Positions 18,082 through 25,599 of a stretch of 39,921 nucleotides of DNA are shown piece by piece; position 1 is the first letter of the stretch; the number at the start of each line of letters is the position of its first letter. The notes beneath the pieces were generated by a model. That model searched no databases and had not been told where the DNA came from. It saw only the letters and a list, made by a program, of their open reading frames with translations. The DNA is from a virus (taxonomy: Duplodnaviria; Caudoviricetes), in the IMG/VR virus record IMGVR_UViG_3300037313_000660, positions 1 through 39,921 of that record; one strand, written 5' to 3'. Made by a program: the position numbers and the translations under genes.

Positions 18082-18657
18082 ATGGCAAAATTAAAAGTAA
18101 GTATTAAAGGGACAGCTCCATTGCTAATGCATAATGGACAATTAGCAGATCCAACAAATCAACATGCTCAACTCCTAAAAGAGTTAAACTCTAAAAGAAA
18201 GAAAACAGAAGAAGATCTAAGGGCAATAGCAGATGCTGAATGGAGAGGTGGTCTTTATGTAAATGAAGATGAGGAAATAATTATACCTGCCCTAAATTTT
18301 GAAGCATCAATAAAGAATGGAGCAAAAAAATCTAAACTTGGCAAGCAAGTACAGGCAGGTTTGATGGTTGATCAGGATGCTATTCTAGAATTCAAAGGGT
18401 CTAATAAAAAAATAGAAGACTTAATAATAGATAAAAATTACAGATTATATATTGGAGTAAAAGTAAATATGGGATCTCGGATAATGAGAACGAGACCTAT
18501 GTTTAAAGATTGGGGAGCTACATTTGAAATTATTTACAATGACAATGTATTGGATAAAAAACAAGTAATTAAATCAATTGAAGATGCTGGAATGTATTGT
18601 GGAATTGGAGATTGGTTGCCTAGATATGGTAGATTTGAAATACAAAACATTGAATAA
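18082..18657 (+). CDS. Stand-alone Cas7/RAMP-like RNA-binding protein (Vipr-like)
   Basis: RAMP-like hallmarks: first strand VSIKGTAPLLMH, IIIPALNFEASIKNGA (compare the IPGSSLKG motif), RTRPMFKDWGATFEI, and C-terminal glycine-rich loop GIGDWLPRYGRFEI. Confidence 0.8.
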   Translation: MAKLKVSIKGTAPLLMHNGQLADPTNQHAQLLKELNSKRKKTEEDLRAIADAEWRGGLYVNEDEEIIIPALNFEASIKNGAKKSKLGKQVQAGLMVDQDAILEFKGSNKKIEDLIIDKNYRLYIGVKVNMGSRIMRTRPMFKDWGATFEIIYNDNVLDKKQVIKSIEDAGMYCGIGDWLPRYGRFEIQNIE

Positions 18658-18659
18658 CT

Positions 18660-19115
18660 ATGGTAGAAAAATTAGAAAAGACAATTGGCTCTTTCGAGAA
18701 AGGCCAATTCATTTCTCCAGAAATAATAGAAAACATTTTAGGAGAGCAAAGAACTAGTCCAAGTTATCAATTTGGAAGCATGAAACTAGTAAAGGATATT
18801 AAAAAGCATATGTCAGATCATGGAATACATGTAACTGTTATCTCTGAATCTTATGGTATTAGAATTTTAACGGATAGCGAGGCAAGTGCATACAATACAA
18901 AAAGATATTGCAAAGGACTTGAGATTATAGAAAGATCTTATGATGACGCAAAATCTGTTGACGCAAATAATTTAACCAAGGAAGAAGAGGAAATTCATAA
19001 TAAAAGACTTGTATTTATAGGACGAGGAATTGACTCTATAAAACAAGAATATAAAAAAGACATTAAAATACCACTAGGACATTATAAAAATAATCTTCCT
19101 AGAATGTTGAAATAA
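18660..19115 (+). CDS. Accessory protein of the RAMP/pentamer-array locus, function unknown
   Basis: Starts 2 nt after the RAMP-like gene and ends 16 nt before the first repeat tract; GIRILTDSEA followed by long helices. Confidence 0.7.
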   Translation: MVEKLEKTIGSFEKGQFISPEIIENILGEQRTSPSYQFGSMKLVKDIKKHMSDHGIHVTVISESYGIRILTDSEASAYNTKRYCKGLEIIERSYDDAKSVDANNLTKEEEEIHNKRLVFIGRGIDSIKQEYKKDIKIPLGHYKNNLPRMLK

Positions 19116-19131
19116 TTTCATATGTGGCTCC

Positions 19132-19186
19132 GGTGGGGCTTGGTGAGGTACGGCGAGGTTCAGTGGGGTATGGTTCGGCATGGAAT
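19132..19186 (+). repeat. GGY-NN pentamer tract 1 (putative guide RNA)
   Basis: GGTgg GGCtt GGTga GGTac GGCga GGTtc AGTgg GGTat GGTtc GGCat, closed by GGAAT; 9 of 10 units start with GGY. Confidence 0.9.
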
Positions 19187-19232
19187 TACTCAGTCAATGG
19201 TGATTTATCAGGTTCGATTCCTGACTGAGTAC
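19187..19232 (+). ncRNA. Mini tRNA-like element 1
   Basis: 7-bp stem TACTCAG/CTGAGTA, mini hairpin TCA-ATGG-TGA, T-arm TCAGG-TTCGATT-CCTGA. Confidence 0.85.
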
Positions 19233-19238
19233 AATTTA

Positions 19239-19293
19239 TGTGCGGCAGAGAATGGCGGGGTGCGGTGTTGTATGGCTTGGTTAGGTATGGAAT
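19239..19293 (+). repeat. GGY-NN pentamer tract 2 (putative guide RNA)
   Basis: TGTgc GGCag AGAat GGCgg GGTgc GGTgt TGTat GGCtt GGTta GGTat, closed by GGAAT; 7 of 10 units start with GGY. Confidence 0.88.
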
Positions 19294-19339
19294 AAGACAG
19301 TATGTGGATATTTACCAAGTTCGATTCTTGGCTGTCTTC
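19294..19339 (+). ncRNA. Mini tRNA-like element 2
   Basis: 7-bp stem AAGACAG/CTGTCTT, mini hairpin TAT-GTGG-ATA, T-arm CCAAG-TTCGATT-CTTGG. Confidence 0.85.
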
Positions 19340-19342
19340 TTA

Positions 19343-19417
19343 AGTCTGGCTAGGTATGGTTTGGTTTTGTATGGTACGGTTCCGTGTGGTGTGTCACGGT
19401 TCGGTACAGTTCTGATT
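19343..19417 (+). repeat. GGY-NN pentamer tract 3 (putative guide RNA)
   Basis: AGTct GGCta GGTat GGTtt GGTtt TGTat GGTac GGTtc CGTgt GGTgt GTCac GGTtc GGTac AGTtc, then TGATT; 9 of 14 units start with GGY. Confidence 0.88.
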
Positions 19418-19448
19418 AGACCTATATTAATTTATAGGTCTTTAATTT
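19418..19448 (+). terminator. Hairpin closing the array
   Basis: AGACCTATA-ttaatt-TATAGGTCT (9-bp stem) followed by TTAATTT. Confidence 0.65.
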
Positions 19449-19473
19449 ACTATTAAATATTAATAATTAATAC

Positions 19474-19568
19474 TGTGGTGTGGCGGAACTGGTAGACGCT
19501 AAATGTTGTGATTCTGTAGCTAAACAACTGAGTATACAGATTTGGAGGTTCGAATCCTTCCACCACAG
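19474..19568 (+). tRNA. tRNA-like gene or pseudo-tRNA, anticodon undetermined
   Basis: Acceptor stem TGTGGTG/CACCACA, Leu-like D-arm GCG-GAACTGGTAGA-CGC, T-arm GGAGG-TTCGAAT-CCTTC; no canonical anticodon arm. Confidence 0.7.
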
Positions 19569-19584
19569 CAAAATAAAATGAAGT

Positions 19585-19833
19585 ATGGAAACAAAGAAAA
19601 TAAACGAGCGATTAAATTATATCATTACAAAAGATGGTAATTATGTTGGCTATCCAGTTAATATAACAGGGGTAGTTGTTCAGGCTAAATCTAAAGAGGA
19701 TTTGATAAAAAATGCCAAAGAATCTGCATTGGCATATTTAGAATTCTTAAAAAGACTTATTGATCAAGATGAGCCGTTCGAATTAAAAGAATTAAATATA
19801 GAAGAATGGGAAAACTATAAAAGTAGATTATAG
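19585..19833 (+). CDS. HicB-like antitoxin domain protein (solo)
   Basis: YIITKDGNYVGY....GVVVQAKSKEDLIKNAKESALAYLE follows the HicB N-terminal domain pattern. Confidence 0.7.
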   Translation: METKKINERLNYIITKDGNYVGYPVNITGVVVQAKSKEDLIKNAKESALAYLEFLKRLIDQDEPFELKELNIEEWENYKSRL

Positions 19834-19835
19834 AA

Positions 19836-20012
19836 ATGAATAAATATGATCCAAAATTTACTCCTCCTTTTAGAGTAGGAAGAAAACAAAATAGAGCAGT
19901 ATTAGACTCTAAAGGATTAGAAGTAGTAATATTTCCAAAAGGGAATGAATTACAGGCAAAGCTATATGTTGATTATTTGAACCAGCATGAGTCAAAATAT
20001 GGACTACAATAA
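19836..20012 (+). CDS. Hypothetical protein (58 aa, not in the ORF track)
   Basis: MNKYDPKFTPPFRVGRKQNRAVLDSKGLEVVIF...; starts 2 nt after the previous stop. Confidence 0.6.
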   Translation: MNKYDPKFTPPFRVGRKQNRAVLDSKGLEVVIFPKGNELQAKLYVDYLNQHESKYGLQ

Positions 20013-20214
20013 AAAAACAGATGAAATTTACGATGCTTTAGCAGAAATAGATAAAGTCATATATCAATTTCCTTTGTTAATGGAAATGAAGAGAAGGAAA
20101 AGGGCGTTAGCTAAAAAATATTGGGCTAGGGTTAATTATAATATGACAATGTACGGAAAAACTAAATTGGTTTTTGATGATATTGATTATAGTCCATTTA
20201 AAGATAAATACTAA
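19987..20214 (+). CDS. Hypothetical protein
   Basis: 75-aa ORF, last gene of the plus-strand island. Confidence 0.6.
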   Translation: MSQNMDYNKKTDEIYDALAEIDKVIYQFPLLMEMKRRKRALAKKYWARVNYNMTMYGKTKLVFDDIDYSPFKDKY

Positions 20215-20291
20215 ACATTAAAACAAATTTATTAGCTAGTAGTTATTATATATACGTTACTATTTTAGTCAACTACATAACAATAAAAGCG

Positions 20292-20328
20292 AACCTCAGA
20301 GATGATCGCACTATCTTTGAGGTTTTTT
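20292..20328. terminator. Terminator between convergent operons
   Basis: AACCTCAGAGAT...ATCTTTGAGGTT stem followed by a T-run. Confidence 0.7.
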
Positions 20329-21208
20329 ATCCTTGCCATTTTGCAGATTCACTGGTAGCATCATAAATTTCTTTAGACACTGGAATTAAATAGTGTCTAC
20401 ACTGATAACCACCTCTATAAATTTTGAAGTTACTCCAGTTTTCCCCTTTAACCATTCCTTGCCACCCCTTGCCTTTGTTTAATTGACTTTGTTGAGTTAC
20501 AAATTCTTTCAATTGTTCTTCTGTAATGTACTTTCCGGCTAGTTGATTACAAAATGGTCGGGTATCTGATATTTTTGTTCCCTTGTAAAAATAGTATGTC
20601 AGTCCAAGATCCTTGCTTATTGTATTTGTATAATTGGCGTTGAATTGATAAATAGAATCATGTGCAACCTGTTTAACATATCTACTTAACAGGCCTGTTT
20701 CATCATTTAAATTAGCTGAAATACTTTTTATGAAATCGGCTTTATTACTTCCTGAGGTAACGTTGTCTTTTAGAACTTTTAAAATAGAGTCGGTAAAATT
20801 TGCATCTATCCCTGAATTTAAAAGTGAATTCGCTGTTGTATCAACATTAGATTTTAAAATAGATGTATAAAGCTTATCATTAGCTTTAAAAGTGTTAACT
20901 ATTGTTCCGAAATAATCATTTAGATATTTAGAACTGGAAGTGTAAGATGAAAGATAATCGTTTACTGATTCTCCATAAGTTCCGTCCATTAAAGTTTGAT
21001 CAATTCTGGATCTAAAATTATTAATTAGATTAAGGTTTTTTACTGAAGCTTCTATTGTTCCCGTACTGCTTTTATCTAATTGATAATAGAGTTCTAAAAA
21101 CAAATCTGTTAACTCCGAATTTGCCTTTGGAATCATTTTATTAAGGTCATTTAATACCTCGTCAACATGATCCTCTAAATCATCAAAAATATTAATCGGA
21201 TTAGCCAT
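20327..21208 (-). CDS. Minor head morphogenesis protein (SPP1 gp7/MuF-like)
   Basis: Y.Y.G....DTRPFC and RGGYQCRH.LIPV motifs; directly after the portal. Confidence 0.8.
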   Translation of the reverse strand: MANPINIFDDLEDHVDEVLNDLNKMIPKANSELTDLFLELYYQLDKSSTGTIEASVKNLNLINNFRSRIDQTLMDGTYGESVNDYLSSYTSSSKYLNDYFGTIVNTFKANDKLYTSILKSNVDTTANSLLNSGIDANFTDSILKVLKDNVTSGSNKADFIKSISANLNDETGLLSRYVKQVAHDSIYQFNANYTNTISKDLGLTYYFYKGTKISDTRPFCNQLAGKYITEEQLKEFVTQQSQLNKGKGWQGMVKGENWSNFKIYRGGYQCRHYLIPVSKEIYDATSESAKWQG

Positions 21209-23144
21209 TCAACCTCTTATTAGTTGGTTTGTTAGCTGTTTTAGTTGGCAAAGCGTTACCGTCTGGAGTATCATCTAAAGCCGAATCGTCGCTTCCTTCC
21301 GCTCCTATGGATGGATTGTTTGGATTTGGTTCGTTTTCTTCATCCTCATCTTCTTCATCTGGATTTTGAGGTGCTGTATTAATTACTATCGGTACTTTAG
21401 CGGCTGCCTGTGAATCCACAACTTCTTGAACATATCCGTTTAAAATATCCATTTTTTCAGCATAATTTAAATCAAAAAACTCTTCATTTTCAGAATATGC
21501 TCTATTTACGAAAGCCTGGATGTTACAAGAAAGAATATATTTCTCCAGTGTTGTTCCTTTGTTTGATAGAATGGTCATTTTAGACTGATCATCCTTATTA
21601 GGAAGAGGATCTAACTGAGCAATAGTTTCTAATATCTCAACTTGTAAACTATCATCCCCAAATTCTTTTCTTGCATAGTCAATTTCTAGTTGTGCCATTA
21701 AAGAAGGGCTCAAGCCAGCAGTTTTAGCATTAGAAAGCCTTTGCGCTAAAATATCCTCAGTTAATATATCGTACTTAACAGGAACGTTTCTTTGTGGAAG
21801 AATTGCTAAAATATCCTCTTCTGAAGAAATTAAACCATATCTCCACATAGCAACAAAATAATCAACTGGCCTAAAAATATTATGAACAATATGACGGGCA
21901 ATAGTATAAAAGAAAGTGTTCATTTCTTGCCTGTCAAGCGTTTTCGCTATTCCTGAATTAACCTCTGGCTCAAACATTAAGAACTCCATATTAATTGCAG
22001 ACAGGCCGCTCTTAATATTTTCTTGTACTTGGTCGTGAATAAACTGAGTTTGCTCAATAGGCTTGTCAATATAACCCATTGGAGGAATCGGAACATTAGC
22101 CGCTTCCGATGGGCCAACTTTGTTAGACGACTTAATTGTTTTTACCCCAAAAGGAGATCTAGGTGAGTAGGTTCCACGTCCTCCACAAGTTCCGCAGGTT
22201 CCCATTCCGGTTTTGCCTCCCATGTAATTATGAATGACCTGGCCCTGTCCACTACATGTTTTGCATGGAGTATCTTCTACTTCCCACTTCTCAGAGTGAA
22301 CATGAAGAACCATTTGAACCTGCTGATCTGAGTATCTTCTTAATGCCTCATCCCAAAAAGGAATACAATCCCCAATAAAAGAATCGTAAAGCATTTGATC
22401 GTTTTGGAATTCCTCAATGATACCCCCTATCTTTAAACAAGGTAAATGACCTATCCAGTGAGGTTGAATATCATAAGTAAAAGTATAATCTTTAAGTTCT
22501 CCTGTCTGAACACATTTAGTCCAGGAATCTTTATCAAAAATATAATAAACAATTCCCTTAGGAGCGGATTCGCCATTTTCAAGTACTATACTTTTTTCGG
22601 CTGATCTTAATACCGCTAATTCTCCCTCTTTATAATCTATTACATCCTCTGATTCAAACCAAAAAGTAAATGGTCTTAACATTTCGCTGTCATCGTCTGG
22701 ATTAATCTTAGGATAAGGGAAGACAGCTACTACTCCATTAGGATCGTCGCACATTTCTCTTAACTGTAAAGAAAAAAACCAGTTTTCAAGACTGTCGAAA
22801 TTAGGATAGTTATTTTGTAGATATTCTTTTAAACTCTCTTCCTCGTCGATGTTTTTTTGTTCTGGCCATTCTACTTTATAATCTTCAGCTCTACCTATCT
22901 TAGAAATTGTGCTAACTACCTTTGAAAAATAAGTTTGAGTTATTGGAGTATAAACAGACTTTCTATACTCAACCTGATCAAATGATTCGTTTGGGCGGGC
23001 AACTTCTATAACATCCTTAGGATACTTACCTTTTGAGTGAGCTTCTAGTTTGTTTGTAATAATTACAGATCTATTATAAAATGGATGCTTTGGAAGCTTG
23101 GCAGGTTCTACAAAGTATTGCTTTAATATATCAATCGTTAGCAC
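21201..23144 (-). CDS. Portal protein (putative) with DnaJ-type Zn-finger insertion
   Basis: 647 aa, upstream of the gp7-like gene; SGIAKTLDR, acidic C-terminal tail and two CxxCxGxG motifs. Confidence 0.75.
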   Translation of the reverse strand: MLTIDILKQYFVEPAKLPKHPFYNRSVIITNKLEAHSKGKYPKDVIEVARPNESFDQVEYRKSVYTPITQTYFSKVVSTISKIGRAEDYKVEWPEQKNIDEEESLKEYLQNNYPNFDSLENWFFSLQLREMCDDPNGVVAVFPYPKINPDDDSEMLRPFTFWFESEDVIDYKEGELAVLRSAEKSIVLENGESAPKGIVYYIFDKDSWTKCVQTGELKDYTFTYDIQPHWIGHLPCLKIGGIIEEFQNDQMLYDSFIGDCIPFWDEALRRYSDQQVQMVLHVHSEKWEVEDTPCKTCSGQGQVIHNYMGGKTGMGTCGTCGGRGTYSPRSPFGVKTIKSSNKVGPSEAANVPIPPMGYIDKPIEQTQFIHDQVQENIKSGLSAINMEFLMFEPEVNSGIAKTLDRQEMNTFFYTIARHIVHNIFRPVDYFVAMWRYGLISSEEDILAILPQRNVPVKYDILTEDILAQRLSNAKTAGLSPSLMAQLEIDYARKEFGDDSLQVEILETIAQLDPLPNKDDQSKMTILSNKGTTLEKYILSCNIQAFVNRAYSENEEFFDLNYAEKMDILNGYVQEVVDSQAAAKVPIVINTAPQNPDEEDEDEENEPNPNNPSIGAEGSDDSALDDTPDGNALPTKTANKPTNKRLNG

Positions 23145-23590
23145 GTTACACTAGTAAGATTGAATCCTTGTTTTAGTATTGCCGCTTTGGCCGTTGTTAG
23201 GTTGGTTAAAGTTTCATCATCATCTCCCTCTAACTCATATTCTCCCTGATTAAAATACTTAACTCCATCTATATAAAAATCAGAATGTTTTAATGCTACC
23301 ATTAACCCTTTATGAGTTGTTGAGTCAAAATATCCAGTCTTTAATGTTTGCTGTTCATCAAGGCTAACATTAGTATTTCTAAAGTTTCCGTCTTGTTGAC
23401 GGTATACTTTTTCAATTACTGGATATTTTATTATTCGGCTAAATACTAACTCTATCCTAAACTGCTGGTAAAAGGTTGGATTGGATGAATATTGAAAATT
23501 ATAAGCATCTTGAACATGCTTATACCTAATCACTTTAGTTTGAAGTGATTTATTAACTTGTAAATTATTTGATATAGCCAGTACTTTCAT
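23138..23590 (-). CDS. Putative tail structural protein
   Basis: 150 aa, beta-rich, within the structural operon. Confidence 0.55.
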   Translation of the reverse strand: MKVLAISNNLQVNKSLQTKVIRYKHVQDAYNFQYSSNPTFYQQFRIELVFSRIIKYPVIEKVYRQQDGNFRNTNVSLDEQQTLKTGYFDSTTHKGLMVALKHSDFYIDGVKYFNQGEYELEGDDDETLTNLTTAKAAILKQGFNLTSVTC

Positions 23591-23592
23591 AG

Positions 23593-24189
23593 TTATACAG
23601 CATCAAATGATTCAGTGAGTAATATATAAGAACTAACCGTTTGTGAATTTGAACACTGAGCAGTAGCCGTTATAATATCACCTGCCGAATAGGTAGTATA
23701 CCAAATTACTGTGAAGTTGTCCTGGCCTCCTACTGGTGGAGCAATTACGGTTTTCGCTACTTCTGTTCCGTTCTTTTTAATTCTTAGTGTAGATCCAGCA
23801 ACAGAACCCGCTCCATTAGTTACATATCCTGCAAAAGTAATTTTCATTACTGAGCTTGCCTTAGACGCACTAGGAGTTAAAGTAAGAACTGTTGTTTCTG
23901 CCTGAAAGCTTGTAGGCCCTGGTGCATTTGTACTTGCAATTAGAATCTTTGAACTATCGAGTTTATTTCCAAGTGTAGGTACATCAATAGAAATAATCTC
24001 ATTTCCTCCTGCATTGGTTTTGGTGACCGTTACATTAGAAGAACCCGCAGCAATTTTATCAAATAGGTAACCAAATGTGGTATCTGTTCCAGAAACTAAA
24101 ATCTTGCCAATAGTATTTATAGCTGTGTTTGTCTTATCTCTTATTGAAGACCATAAATCACTATTAGACCAGTTTTGAAGTAATGACAT
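23593..24189 (-). CDS. Putative virion fibre/decoration protein
   Basis: S/T/G-rich with a beta-sandwich-like C-terminus. Confidence 0.55.
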   Translation of the reverse strand: MSLLQNWSNSDLWSSIRDKTNTAINTIGKILVSGTDTTFGYLFDKIAAGSSNVTVTKTNAGGNEIISIDVPTLGNKLDSSKILIASTNAPGPTSFQAETTVLTLTPSASKASSVMKITFAGYVTNGAGSVAGSTLRIKKNGTEVAKTVIAPPVGGQDNFTVIWYTTYSAGDIITATAQCSNSQTVSSYILLTESFDAV

Positions 24190-24190
24190 T

Positions 24191-24700
24191 TTATAGGAAA
24201 TCGTTTAACATACATGTCACTACCTGACCTAGAGTTACATTATCATCAATAACATCTTGTAGAGTTGTTCCTGCATAAACTCCGCAATCTAATCCAGGTG
24301 TAATTGATTCATCGTAAATGACAAATTGATAATTACATCCTTCAGATAAACAAGGAATAGAAGCCGAACAAAACAACTGGTTACTTCCACCATCGGTTAT
24401 AGTTCCAACATTAGCACTTATCAAAACTCCTTCTTGTACTATACCTATTCTAAGATTAGCCACATCACTTCCTGAATCTATTTCTGACTTATTCATTATC
24501 CAGGAAATAGTATCTCCTGACTGAATAGGTAGTTGATATGATTCTGAAGTATCTGGGAATTGATAAACACAAGGATCTGTTGAGTCTGGACAAATCTCTA
24601 TAGGGGTTGTTTGATCTTCAAGGAAGTAAGCTATTGGAGTCCATTGAAGAAAACGACCGTCAAAGTTTTGCGGAACCTTATAAGGTGAAATGCAACTCAA
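24191..24700 (-). CDS. Acidic Cys-rich putative structural protein (TTG start)
   Basis: 169-aa ORF abutting the next gene. Confidence 0.55.
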   Translation of the reverse strand: MSCISPYKVPQNFDGRFLQWTPIAYFLEDQTTPIEICPDSTDPCVYQFPDTSESYQLPIQSGDTISWIMNKSEIDSGSDVANLRIGIVQEGVLISANVGTITDGGSNQLFCSASIPCLSEGCNYQFVIYDESITPGLDCGVYAGTTLQDVIDDNVTLGQVVTCMLNDFL

Positions 24701-24869
24701 ATAATGCCATTGGTAATAAAGATCAGGTAATTGTATTTCCCAGGAAGGGACGGAATGTTATGTAAATATAGTTTTTTTATAGGGAATTATCAAATTTTTA
24801 ATAAAATTGGATGGTTTTTGCAAATTGTGTCCAATTATTTATTTTTAAATCAAATTCATTATATTTTTT

Positions 24870-25328
24870 ATGAAAAAACAATTATTCGCACCATTAATAA
24901 TAATTTTGCTTTTACTTTCTTGTGAATCCAAAAAGGGAATAAGTATAAAATTGGGAGATAGTATCTTTGTTAAAGATCCATCATATTTCCAGGTTTATAA
25001 AAAGGGTGACATAATCTATTACAAAGAAGAATGGGAAAAGAAGAAATTGAAAGATGGCGGAATTTCAAAGAATTCATTGATTAATTTTGGTACCATAAAA
25101 GAAAAAGACTTCTATATCCAGTCAAAATCATTTCTTGGAATATGCAAAGGATTCGACTCTTCTGGAACAGAAAGAAGAAAGAAGTACTACATAAAAATAG
25201 CGGAACCAAAGAGATTTAAGATTGACAAAGACTATCAATCAAATAAAATTGAAAATTTAGATAAAAATTTTATATATGTTGAATATGATAAAATAAGTAA
25301 TATTAATAATGATTCTATTTTTAGATAA
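24870..25328 (+). CDS. Lipoprotein (moron)
   Basis: MKK followed by a hydrophobic core and LLSC lipobox; very AT-rich; opposite strand to neighbours. Confidence 0.75.
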   Translation: MKKQLFAPLIIILLLLSCESKKGISIKLGDSIFVKDPSYFQVYKKGDIIYYKEEWEKKKLKDGGISKNSLINFGTIKEKDFYIQSKSFLGICKGFDSSGTERRKKYYIKIAEPKRFKIDKDYQSNKIENLDKNFIYVEYDKISNINNDSIFR

Positions 25329-25329
25329 T

Positions 25330-25354
25330 AAAAAAGGGGCTTAATTTGCCCCTT
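25330..25354. terminator. Terminator between convergent genes
   Basis: A-run followed by AAGGGGC-N7-GCCCCTT. Confidence 0.7.
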
Positions 25355-25398
25355 AAACTATCCTAAATCACATATGGCGCACGCTCTCCGATTGGATC

Positions 25399-25599
25399 TC
25401 ACATTGGAGTAATAACAGGAACAATATTATTTTCCTTAAATACTCGATCCATAAATCTATCACTGATAACAAGGTCGCACCATCCATCTTTCCAGGACTG
25501 ACTAACATCGTCGCTGTCATTTTGCTTTAATTTTTCGGCTACCAATTCAATATCTGATAAGGACTGAAGCCATGAATAATATTCTGTAGGTGTATTCAT
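25399..25599 (-). CDS. Hypothetical protein
   Basis: 66-aa ORF abutting the KilA-N gene. Confidence 0.6.
   Translation of the reverse strand: MNTPTEYYSWLQSLSDIELVAEKLKQNDSDDVSQSWKDGWCDLVISDRFMDRVFKENNIVPVITPM

Noticed and set aside
19120-19450. Canonical CRISPR array or simple microsatellite
   Set aside because: There are no identical 23-47 nt direct repeats. The variable dinucleotides are too diverse for slippage repeats, and the separators conserve structure rather than sequence.
19238-19456. 72-aa ORF (MCGREWRGAVLYGLVRYG...) in the ORF track
   Set aside because: It is the translation of the GGYNN tracts, a tRNA-like element and a hairpin. The G/V/R/Y/L periodicity is a by-product of the 5-nt repeat.
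19474-19568. tRNA as an attachment site marking a prophage boundary
   Set aside because: Phage genes continue on both sides, and no integrase or duplicated tRNA 3' end is seen in the window.
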